A DNA stretch of 60,585 bases from Thermoplasmatota archaeon (GTDB lineage Archaea > Thermoplasmatota > JAKEGO01), in assembly GCA_028279595.1 (NCBI GenBank), contig JANQNK010000016.1:1-60585 (forward strand). Reading direction: 5' to 3'. Positions 27,206 to 35,281 of the stretch are shown one piece after another. Position 1 is the stretch's first letter, and every line of letters starts with the position of its first letter. The position numbers and the translations under genes are program-made. The notes beneath the pieces were generated by a model. The model searched no databases, was not told where the DNA came from, and was given only the letters and a program-made list of their open reading frames with translations.

Positions 27206-29920
27206 TCACTCCAATTCGAGAGCCGCCCTTGCCGCGGCGAGCCTTGCGATCGGTATCCTGAAGGGCGAGCATGAGACGTAATCCAGGCCTATCCCGTGGA
27301 CGATCCTGATGCTGTCGGGGTCGCCACCGTGCTCCCCGCAGATCCCGACCTTGAGTTCGGGGGATGTGCTCCGCCCCCTCTCCACTGCGATCCTCATGAG
27401 GTCCGCGACGCCCTCTCCGTCGAGGGTGGAGAACGGATTCCCCTTCACCAGTTCGAGGACCTCGTAGGCCGGGAGGAACTTGCCCTCCGCATCCTCCCTG
27501 CTGAAGCTGAAGGTCGCCTGCGTCAGGTCGTTGGTCCCGAAGGAGAAGAATTCGACCTTGCTGGCTATCTGGTCCGCGATGAGGCACGCTCTCACGACCT
27601 CGATCATCGTTCCGTACCGTATGGGGAGCGCAAAGCCGTACTCGTCGCTGACCTCGAGGAGGACCTTTGCGACTATGTCGCGGATTATCCTCAGCTCCTC
27701 GACGATGGCGACCTGAGGGACCATGATCTCGACGTTCGGCTTCTTACCCGCCTTGATGAGTTCGGCGACGGCATAGGCTATCGCCCTGATCTGCATCTCG
27801 TAGATGTCCGGATGGGTGATCCCGAGCCTGACACCCCTGTGCCCGAGCATCGGGTTGACCTCGAAGAGGTCCTTCATCTTCTCGAGCATGTTCGCCCTCT
27901 GCTCGATCATGATGTCCACCCGCTCGAGACCCTCGCCGGCGATCTCCTCGATCAGTTCGTCCGTGAGCATCTCGGTGGAGATGTCGCCGTTGACCTTCGC
28001 CATCGTCTTGGCCGTCCTGAGCAGTTCGAGCTCGCGGGCAAGCCCCGATCTGGACGGCATGAACTCGTGCAACGGTGGATCGAGGAGCCTGACCGTGACC
28101 GGCCGGGTCCCCATTATCGTGAATATCTCGAAGAAGTCCGAGCGCTGCATCTCGAAGAGCTTCTCGAGGATCGGCTTCCTTGCCGTCTGATCGTCCGCCA
28201 GGATCATCGCCACGACGAACGGGAGTCTATCGGGTGCGTTGAACATCCTCTCGGTCCTGCAGAGGCCGATACCCTCCGCACCGAACCTGAGCGCCTGTCT
28301 CGCGCCCTCGGGCGTGTCGGCGTTGGCCCGGACACCGAGCCGTCTCACCGCATCCGCCCATGAGAGGAACCTTTCGAGGTCTCCGGAGATCTCCGCCTCG
28401 ACCATAGGGAGCTCTCCGAGCATGACCTCTCCCTTCGTCCCGTCGATGGTAATGAGGTCGCCCTCCTCGATGACCTGGTCGCCGATGGTCATTCGGCGTT
28501 CCGCATAGTCGATCCTGACGGCTTCCGCGCCTGCGACGCACGGCTTGCCCATGGACCTGGCCACGACGGCTGCATGGCTCGTCATCCCGCCGGTGGCAGT
28601 CAGTATACCTTCCGAAGCGTCGAATCCATGGATGTCGTCGGGTCTTGTCTCAATACGGACGAGGAGGGTCTTCTTGCCGTCATCCCTCCACTTCACGGAG
28701 TCGTCGGCATTGAAGACGACCGCACCGCTGGCGGCACCCGGGGATGCCGACAGTCCGGTCGCTATGGGTTCGACGTCGATGTCCGGATCGATCTGCCTGT
28801 GAAGGAGTGTCTCGAGCTGTTCCGGAATGACACGGGCGATCGCCGTGTTCCTGTCGATCAAGCCTTCGTCGGCCATGTCGACCGCGATCTTCACAGCGGC
28901 CTGGGGTGTCCTCTTACCGTTCCTCGTCTGAAGTATGAACAGTGTCCCGTTCTCCACCGTGAACTCGAAGTCCTGCATGTCGGTGAAGTGCTTCTCCAAC
29001 CGTTCGAAGACCTTCTTCAGGTCGAGGAAGACCTTCTTCATGTCCTTGTCCAGGTTCTCCAGCGGTATCGGAGTCCTGATGCCGGCCACCACGTCCTCGC
29101 CCTGGGCGTTGATGAGGTATTCCCCGTAGTACTCCTTCTCTCCGGTCGCCGGGTTCCTTGTGAAGGCCACGCCGGTGGCGCTCGCCATCCCCATGTTCCC
29201 GAACACCATCATCTGGACGTTCACGGCCGTTCCGAGATCGTCCGGTATCTTGTTCAGTCTCCTGTAGGTGATCGCCCTAGGATTGTCCCATGAGCCGAAG
29301 ACCGCCTCCACCGACATCCTCAGCTGGACCCATGGGTCCTGCGGGAACTCGCGTCCGAGCCCCTTCAGAAGGGCCTGGTATTCGGAGATCACGCGTTTGA
29401 GGCCCTCGATGCTGATCTCGTGGTCGAGCTTTACGCCCTCGGACTCGCGGACCTCGAGCAGTATGGCCTCGAACTTCTCGTGCTCGACCTCCATGACGAC
29501 GTCTCCGAACATCTGGATGAAACGTCTGTAGGAATCGTAGGCGAACCTTGGGTCGGACGTCGCCTTCGCCAGGTCCTCGACCGTCCGGTCGTTGAGGCCG
29601 AGGTTGAGGATGGTGTCCATCATTCCCGGCATGGAGAACTTCGCCCCGGACCTGACCGATAGGAGTAGCATGTCCTTCTCCCCGCCGAAGACCTTGCCGG
29701 TCTGTTCCTCGAGGTCGGCCACGGACTCCCTCACCTGGTCCATGAGCCCCTTGGGCATGGTCCGATGTCTCACGTAGCGGAGGCATGCCTCCGTCGTGAT
29801 CGTGAACCCCTGCGGGACCGGAAGTCCCATTCGGGTCATCTCGGCGAGGTTGGCGCCCTTTCCTCCGAGGAGGTCCTTCATCGTGGCGTCTCCCTCGTTG
29901 AACCCGTACACGTACTTCAT
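27206..29920 (-). CDS. ppdK: pyruvate,phosphate dikinase
   Basis: LLGGKGANLAEM, SVRSGA, GGMTSHAAVVAR (phospho-His), GTNDLTQ, and CGEHGG. Confidence 0.97.
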   Translation of the reverse strand: MKYVYGFNEGDATMKDLLGGKGANLAEMTRMGLPVPQGFTITTEACLRYVRHRTMPKGLMDQVRESVADLEEQTGKVFGGEKDMLLLSVRSGAKFSMPGMMDTILNLGLNDRTVEDLAKATSDPRFAYDSYRRFIQMFGDVVMEVEHEKFEAILLEVRESEGVKLDHEISIEGLKRVISEYQALLKGLGREFPQDPWVQLRMSVEAVFGSWDNPRAITYRRLNKIPDDLGTAVNVQMMVFGNMGMASATGVAFTRNPATGEKEYYGEYLINAQGEDVVAGIRTPIPLENLDKDMKKVFLDLKKVFERLEKHFTDMQDFEFTVENGTLFILQTRNGKRTPQAAVKIAVDMADEGLIDRNTAIARVIPEQLETLLHRQIDPDIDVEPIATGLSASPGAASGAVVFNADDSVKWRDDGKKTLLVRIETRPDDIHGFDASEGILTATGGMTSHAAVVARSMGKPCVAGAEAVRIDYAERRMTIGDQVIEEGDLITIDGTKGEVMLGELPMVEAEISGDLERFLSWADAVRRLGVRANADTPEGARQALRFGAEGIGLCRTERMFNAPDRLPFVVAMILADDQTARKPILEKLFEMQRSDFFEIFTIMGTRPVTVRLLDPPLHEFMPSRSGLARELELLRTAKTMAKVNGDISTEMLTDELIEEIAGEGLERVDIMIEQRANMLEKMKDLFEVNPMLGHRGVRLGITHPDIYEMQIRAIAYAVAELIKAGKKPNVEIMVPQVAIVEELRIIRDIVAKVLLEVSDEYGFALPIRYGTMIEVVRACLIADQIASKVEFFSFGTNDLTQATFSFSREDAEGKFLPAYEVLELVKGNPFSTLDGEGVADLMRIAVERGRSTSPELKVGICGEHGGDPDSIRIVHGIGLDYVSCSPFRIPIARLAAARAALELE

Positions 29921-29991
29921 CGAACCAATCCAGTGATGGGTCTGATATCGTATTTAAAGATGATGTCGAAACCTGCGTCTTTGAGCCAGTA

Positions 29992-30180
29992 TCAGGTCCT
30001 GGCCTTCTTCGGACCCACCTTGATGGCGAACTGGGGGCAGATCTCGCTGCACAGTCCGCAGCTCGCGCATTTCCTGGAATTAACGATCGCAACGACCTCG
30101 ACGTGGACCGCGGCCACCGGGCAGATGTCCATGCAGGCGCCGCATCCGGCGCACTTGGCCTTGTTTATCCTGGCAGTCAA
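29992..30180 (-). CDS. 2x[4Fe-4S] ferredoxin
   Basis: CAGCGACMDICP and CASCGLCSEICP. TTG start after GGAGGT. Confidence 0.9.
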   Translation of the reverse strand: MTARINKAKCAGCGACMDICPVAAVHVEVVAIVNSRKCASCGLCSEICPQFAIKVGPKKART

Positions 30181-30186
30181 TGTCGC

Positions 30187-31200
30187 CTACCTCCAGATCC
30201 CCATGGTCCTGTCGGTCATGTCGATGCTTGTCTGCGGGTCGTTCTGGATCTGCAGCATGGCCCTGATGCAGTCCACGTTCTCGGGAATGACATCGGACTC
30301 CTGGTGCACCGCCTGGAAGAAGTAGAGGACACCATGGTCCACGTGGACTCCGTCGCGCCAGATGGCGATCTCGTAGAGGTCGGAGAAAGGCCTGTTCAGG
30401 TCCCGGGCCATCTCCATGACCTGGGCGGTGGAACCCATCCCCTTGAACCCGTCTATCAGCATGAGACGCCTGTACGGCTCCCAGAGCGAGATGACCTCCT
30501 CGGGGGTCACATCCCTCGTGAGGTAGACCGCGTTGGCATGCATGTGCATGATGGTCGTCGGCACCTTCACGGCAACGGTATTGATGTGTATGTCCGGTAT
30601 CACCGTCAACACGTCGGGTCCGTGGTGGGACGGCACCTTGAGGGACGGCTCTATTGCGTTTATCGGACCCCTCTTCGAGTCCCCGGGGTCCGCGGACCTC
30701 CGGATCATGGTCGCGAGGACGTTCCGGACGAGCCCCTCCTTGTGGAGCGGGTAGAGCGAGCGTGCCAGACCGGTTGTGTTGCACGATACGACGCGAACGT
30801 GGTCCTGTCCTATCGCCTGCTCGTAGCAGGTATATGCGTTGAAGCTGACTCCAGCGGTCCCATGCTTCTCACCGCCCTGGTAGATCGCCTTGGTCCCTTT
30901 CGATCTGTACAGTTCGGCCATCTGGGCCCCGAACTTGCCGGGAGTGCAGTCGACCACTAGGTCGGCCTCCTCGATCAGTTCCTCCTGTGTTCCCGAGACC
31001 TCGAGACCGGCCTCCTCGAGCACGGGGACGCGCTCGGCCGGTGTGAACAGCTTGAAACCGTTCCGGAGTGCCTCCCACGCCTCGTAGGTCGGCCTCGTCT
31101 TGGTCACACCGATGATCTCCATGTCCTTCTGGAGCGTCACCGCGTTGGCTACCCTCTTTCCGATGGTCCCGTATCCGTTGATGGCGATCTTCGCGCTCAT
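30187..31200 (-). CDS. gap: archaeal type II glyceraldehyde-3-phosphate dehydrogenase
   Basis: INGYGTIGKRVA, VVSCNTTGL, SHHGPDV, and HQESDVIPENVDCIRAM. Confidence 0.96.
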   Translation of the reverse strand: MSAKIAINGYGTIGKRVANAVTLQKDMEIIGVTKTRPTYEAWEALRNGFKLFTPAERVPVLEEAGLEVSGTQEELIEEADLVVDCTPGKFGAQMAELYRSKGTKAIYQGGEKHGTAGVSFNAYTCYEQAIGQDHVRVVSCNTTGLARSLYPLHKEGLVRNVLATMIRRSADPGDSKRGPINAIEPSLKVPSHHGPDVLTVIPDIHINTVAVKVPTTIMHMHANAVYLTRDVTPEEVISLWEPYRRLMLIDGFKGMGSTAQVMEMARDLNRPFSDLYEIAIWRDGVHVDHGVLYFFQAVHQESDVIPENVDCIRAMLQIQNDPQTSIDMTDRTMGIWR

Positions 31201-31267
31201 GCACAAGCCTCCGGTCGAGTATCCGTGGGTGATATAAAAAGTTAGCCGAAGTCCGCTCCCTTCGCGG

Positions 31268-31957
31268 TCACTCTAGTTCGACGTATATCCGCTTGTTCCT
31301 CGCTCCCTTGCTCTTGTACTCCGCGAGCACCATGGTCCCGATCTCCGAGGTGTTCGCGACGTGGGTCCCGCCGTCCGCCTGGACGTCGAAGCCCTCGATC
31401 TCGACGGTCCTGATCTCGTCGTACTTCTCGTAGAGGTGGTGGGCCACCCTCATGAGCTCCGGGTTCTTCGCGAACTCCTCCTTCGAAATGATCCTCGTCG
31501 TGACTGTAAGACCCCGGGCAGCGGCCTCGTTGCTCTTGTCGATGATCTCCTGGGCTAGCTCCCTCGTCATGTTGTCGAAGGAGAGGTCCAGCCTCCCTCT
31601 TGCGGGATAGAGCTGGTTGCCGGTAATGTCGACGTTGTACTGCTTGTACGCGATCCCATCGATCACATGCAGGCATGTGTGTGCCCTCATTATCTGATGG
31701 CGGCGCTCCCAGTCGATGGTCCCCCTGACGGCCGTTCCGACCGACGGCCTGTCACCCTCGATGGTCAGTGCCTCTCCGGCCCCGCCCGTGACCTCGCACT
31801 CACCACCGTCCCAAACGAGCTTGCCGGTGTCCGCGGGCTGCCCTCCTCCTCCGGGGTAGAAGGCCGAACGGTCGAGAGTGACCCTGCCCTCTTCGACAGA
31901 GACGACTGTCGCGTCGAACTCCCTCATGTACTGGTCCTCGAGATAGAGTCGGTCCAT
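31268..31957 (-). CDS. alaX: AlaX-M alanyl-tRNA editing protein
   Basis: LYLEDQY, FYPGGGGQP.DTG, MRAHTCLH, and GGTHV.NT.EIG. The usual CGGTH reads DGGTH here. Confidence 0.88.
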   Translation of the reverse strand: MDRLYLEDQYMREFDATVVSVEEGRVTLDRSAFYPGGGGQPADTGKLVWDGGECEVTGGAGEALTIEGDRPSVGTAVRGTIDWERRHQIMRAHTCLHVIDGIAYKQYNVDITGNQLYPARGRLDLSFDNMTRELAQEIIDKSNEAAARGLTVTTRIISKEEFAKNPELMRVAHHLYEKYDEIRTVEIEGFDVQADGGTHVANTSEIGTMVLAEYKSKGARNKRIYVELE

Positions 31958-32159
31958 GTCCTCGAATCCCGGCATCCGTAAATCAACCTTTCGGAAACCG
32001 CGCTCGATCCCGTCCCATTGGGGGATCGACGCGCTTCGGATATCCTGAAATTGATGCGAGCGGGGAAGGCTTCGAGGACGATAGCGGCGCATCCAATGCT
32101 CTCGCTGGCAGGATACAATAAGTGAGTTTCGATTTTCGTCAGTCGTTATCGAGTCCAGT

Positions 32160-33125
32160 TCACTCGAGTTCCTCATCGTCGATGAGGTCCTTCAGTGCGA
32201 TCTTGACCTGGGTCTCGAGCTTGGTCTGCTGCTGCTTCAGCTGCTTGACGTCCCTCTTGATGTCCAGCAGGCCGTCGTACGTCTTCGAGATGACCTCCTC
32301 GAGGCCGAGGCCGGCCATGGTCGTCTCCTTGTACTCGAGCATGATGGGATGCCCCTTCTCCACGGTCTCCGCGAGGTCCTTGAAGGCCTCGACCATGTCC
32401 GCAAAGCCGCCTTCCATGCGGATATTCTCGAGCTCCAGGTAGTCCGCGGCTTCCATCTTCCTCGGGTTCACGAGCTTGAAGAGCTTCATGTAGTGGTCGA
32501 GCTGATCGATCTTCTTCGGCCTGACCTTGGAGGGATCGAAGACGAGGGCGACCGCGTTGGGATTCAATATCTGGTAGCCCGCATGGTTCACCCTGTCGAT
32601 GGTGGATAGGAATAGGTCGTGGCCAGGGTGCGTATGGTACCAACCGACGACCCAAAGGTCATCGGAGAGGGTAGCGTTGATCTCGTCCGAGGTCCTGTAG
32701 TGCTCGGAGGTAAAGCGGACCTCGACCTTGCTCCCGTTGGTGACCGGAACCGCGTCCTTGATGATGATCATGTTGTCGTCATCGACGTCGCCGAGGAGGA
32801 ATCCCATGCACTCGACCCATTTGCTCTGCTCGATGGCCGCATTGCAGAAACGGAATCCGTGCCTGAGTATCTTCCCCAGGGCCCTGTGGTGGATGACCGC
32901 GTCCGCTGGTTCGGTCTCCTTGCACTCGAAGTCTCCCTTGTCGTCGCCCTTGCCCTTTCCAGCGGACTTCTTCGGGACCGCCTTCTTGGGGGGCGTCTTC
33001 TTCGCCGTCGTCTTCTTTTCCGTCGTCTTCTTCTCCGTCTTCGGCGGAGTGCCCTTCTTGCCTACTGTCGACGTCGACGGCTTGGCTACCTTCTTTGAGG
33101 TTCCCTTCTTCTCGTCATCTGGCAT
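32160..33125 (-). CDS. Rpn11/Csn5-like JAMM/MPN+ isopeptidase with Lys-rich N-tail and C-terminal coiled coil
   Basis: ALGKILRHG...VECMGFLLG and VVGWYHTHPGHDLFLSTID (E...HxH-x7-S-x2-D), followed by AVALVFDP. Confidence 0.92.
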   Translation of the reverse strand: MPDDEKKGTSKKVAKPSTSTVGKKGTPPKTEKKTTEKKTTAKKTPPKKAVPKKSAGKGKGDDKGDFECKETEPADAVIHHRALGKILRHGFRFCNAAIEQSKWVECMGFLLGDVDDDNMIIIKDAVPVTNGSKVEVRFTSEHYRTSDEINATLSDDLWVVGWYHTHPGHDLFLSTIDRVNHAGYQILNPNAVALVFDPSKVRPKKIDQLDHYMKLFKLVNPRKMEAADYLELENIRMEGGFADMVEAFKDLAETVEKGHPIMLEYKETTMAGLGLEEVISKTYDGLLDIKRDVKQLKQQQTKLETQVKIALKDLIDDEELE

Positions 33126-33651
33126 ATCGATCAGTCATCTCCTTGGCCTTGGTAATGAATCCGTTCTGATCCTCCAGGTACTGCTTCGCCGAGTCCTCGT
33201 TCAACGGGTCGGCCGGATTGAAGAACGGAGGGAACATGTGGATCATGAGTTTCATCGCCTCGAGCAGCATGACTATGTCACGGGTCGGGGTCCAACCGGC
33301 CGTCTGGGTGGTCGGGTCGACCTTTCCCACGCGTCTCGGATCGATGATGTCGAAGCAGACGTTGTCACGCCATGAGTTCTTGGTCGGAGGGGTCCTGCCG
33401 AGCGCAATGTTCGGGTGCCATATTGGCGTGTGGCAGAACACCCCGGGCGGGCTGAAGGGATAGTCGGAGAACATCTTGATCTCGAAGACGAACTGGCCGC
33501 CAGCGTACGGGGTCCCTGCCGCGCCCTTGATCACGACCTGCATGTGACCGACGAAGTTGTCGCCGGGCCAGATGTCGATCTCGACGTAGGGGTCCTCGTC
33601 GTAGGCGCTGAGCGCCTCGAAGTAGTCCGCTTCTATCCTCTCGTAGTTCAT
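33115..33651 (-). CDS. E2 ubiquitin-conjugating enzyme (UBC fold)
   Basis: IKG..GTPYAGG.F.F.I.....YPFSPP...TPIWHPNI...VCFDII...WTP...NP.DPLN..SA..Y. True start MNYER overlaps the E1 stop (ATGA). Confidence 0.93.
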   Translation of the reverse strand: MNYERIEADYFEALSAYDEDPYVEIDIWPGDNFVGHMQVVIKGAAGTPYAGGQFVFEIKMFSDYPFSPPGVFCHTPIWHPNIALGRTPPTKNSWRDNVCFDIIDPRRVGKVDPTTQTAGWTPTRDIVMLLEAMKLMIHMFPPFFNPADPLNEDSAKQYLEDQNGFITKAKEMTDRYAR

Positions 33652-34880
33652 CCCTCTCCCTCCTTGACCGTTACCTCTATGCTCGTCCGCTCGCCGTCGA
33701 CCTTGTAGCTGATCCTCAGGCCGTCGCCGCTCCTCACTCCGACGCCGGCAAGGTCGGCCTCGACATCGCCCTTCCCGAAGTTGGAGACGACGGCTCCGTC
33801 CGATGTCCTCGTGATGAGGGCCTTCTCGGCCGGAACTCCCATTCCGTCTATCGCATCCAGGAGGCCTCCGAGGGTCCATGATGCGAGCGGCAGCTCGTCG
33901 CCCGCCGTCCTGGAGCACGACTGGCATGCGGGATCGATCTCGATCTCAACAGGAGTGAGTATCCCGTACTGCGAGCTGTACTCGATGTACGTCGGATCCA
34001 TCGGAGGACCGATGTCCCTACCCTTAATCCTGTGAAGGACCTTAAGGGCTTCGTGCGATTGCAGCGATGCCACCACTGCATTGACCGTGATCACTGACGG
34101 GAGTTTGTTCATCAACAGGTTCTCCACCTCGGGGGCGGTGAACGTCCATTCGTCAGTGTGTGGGGAATCCACGGAGGCGTCGTGGGCAAGCCCGGCTATG
34201 ATCTCGAGGTCCTCGACCGAGTACTCCTCCCGTTTCCCGTGGGCCTTGATGAAGGCCTCCTCGCCCTTGATGATGCAGTGGTCCCGGGTCCGTGCATGGC
34301 CGGGAACCGTGCACGCGGCTGCCGCAGCTCCGTCTGCCGGCGGGATCGGATAGAAGCATTTGAGGCAGGCGGTCCTCTCGGCCACATTCTCCACCCCGGG
34401 AGGAACGATCACCTGGACGTTGCCCTTGAATCCTGTTGCCGCAGAATCGATGTATACCTTACCGAGCCGCCACGCCAGCTCGTTCAGCTGGAACCTTGCC
34501 TCGAACGAGTCCAATCCGCCGAGGATGAGGTCGAGGTCCTCGTAGACCTCGATGGGCAGGTCCTGGAACTTGCCCTCGTGCGGTATCACCTCGACGTCTG
34601 GATTCGCGTTGGCTATCCACTCCGCGGCCACCGCCGCCTTGTATCTGCCCGTATCGGACTCCCTGAAAAGCAATTGCCGTGAAAGGTTGGACATCTCGAT
34701 GATGTCCATGTCCACGAGATGCATCGTTCCGACCCCGGCCAGGGCTAGGTTCTTGGCGATCTCGCAGCCCAACGCTCCAACGCCGACTACCATCACCGAT
34801 GAATTACGAAGCGCCTCCTGGTCCCATCCCTCCAGAAGGAGGTGTCTCGCGTAACGGAAGGCCTCGGTCTCCTCGGCCAT
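33648..34880 (-). CDS. E1 ubiquitin-activating enzyme (UBA3/UBA2-like)
   Basis: GVGALG, DMDIIEMSNLSRQLLF, LDSFEAR, Zn pairs CLKC/CQSC, catalytic CT-x9-HC (CTVPGHARTRDHC), and C-terminal UFD-like LAGVGVRSGDGLRI. Confidence 0.92.
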   Translation of the reverse strand: MAEETEAFRYARHLLLEGWDQEALRNSSVMVVGVGALGCEIAKNLALAGVGTMHLVDMDIIEMSNLSRQLLFRESDTGRYKAAVAAEWIANANPDVEVIPHEGKFQDLPIEVYEDLDLILGGLDSFEARFQLNELAWRLGKVYIDSAATGFKGNVQVIVPPGVENVAERTACLKCFYPIPPADGAAAAACTVPGHARTRDHCIIKGEEAFIKAHGKREEYSVEDLEIIAGLAHDASVDSPHTDEWTFTAPEVENLLMNKLPSVITVNAVVASLQSHEALKVLHRIKGRDIGPPMDPTYIEYSSQYGILTPVEIEIDPACQSCSRTAGDELPLASWTLGGLLDAIDGMGVPAEKALITRTSDGAVVSNFGKGDVEADLAGVGVRSGDGLRISYKVDGERTSIEVTVKEGEG

Positions 34881-34895
34881 GTCACGCACACCCTA

Positions 34896-35162
34896 TCATC
34901 GTCCGCCGGCCTGCTGACTGATGACCGTGATGGTGTCCTTCTTGGCGTTGTACTTCATCTTGTCTAGGAATTTGGAGAACACCTCTCTGTCCCGGATCGG
35001 ATGCCCCTTGAAGACGAGCTGGATGACGAGACGGTCGCTGATCTTGTACTGGCGCCGGACGAGCTTCTTGGCGTCGCCGCAAGTCGCCTTGGCCGGGATC
35101 GCGATCTTCTTCGTTCCCTGTTTCGGGGGCAGACCCATCATTCTGAAGGTATATTCTGGCAT
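34896..35162 (-). CDS. ubiquitin-like protein, pro-form ending ...QQAGG-R
   Basis: 88 aa. ATCGDAKKLV and QLVFKGHPI align with Ub DTIENVKAKI and RLIFAGKQL. The di-Gly is followed by one Arg and tandem stops. It has its own BRE/TATA. Confidence 0.85.
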   Translation of the reverse strand: MPEYTFRMMGLPPKQGTKKIAIPAKATCGDAKKLVRRQYKISDRLVIQLVFKGHPIRDREVFSKFLDKMKYNAKKDTITVISQQAGGR

Positions 35163-35193
35163 GTTCTCACTCGTGGATAATTCGGGAACCCAA

Positions 35194-35213
35194 TATTTAA
35201 ATTGATTGGTTTT
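35194..35213 (-). promoter_or_regulatory. BRE/TATA promoter of the ubiquitin operon
   Basis: On the minus strand AAAACCAATCAA-TTTAAATA ends 32 nt upstream of the Ubl ATG. Confidence 0.65.
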
Positions 35214-35281
35214 GACGTAAACGACCGGGGTCTGGACAGCCGAGGTAGGCCTCCGAATTCGTGGGGAACATGTCCCTCGGT

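Noticed and set aside
33648-35162. Interpretation as a ThiS/MoaD-ThiF/MoeB sulfur-carrier or SAMP-UbaA pair
   Set aside because: The coupled UBC E2, the UBA3-like Cys domain, Ub-like LVFKG and the capped GG argue for conjugation. There is no rhodanese or cofactor-synthesis gene in the operon.
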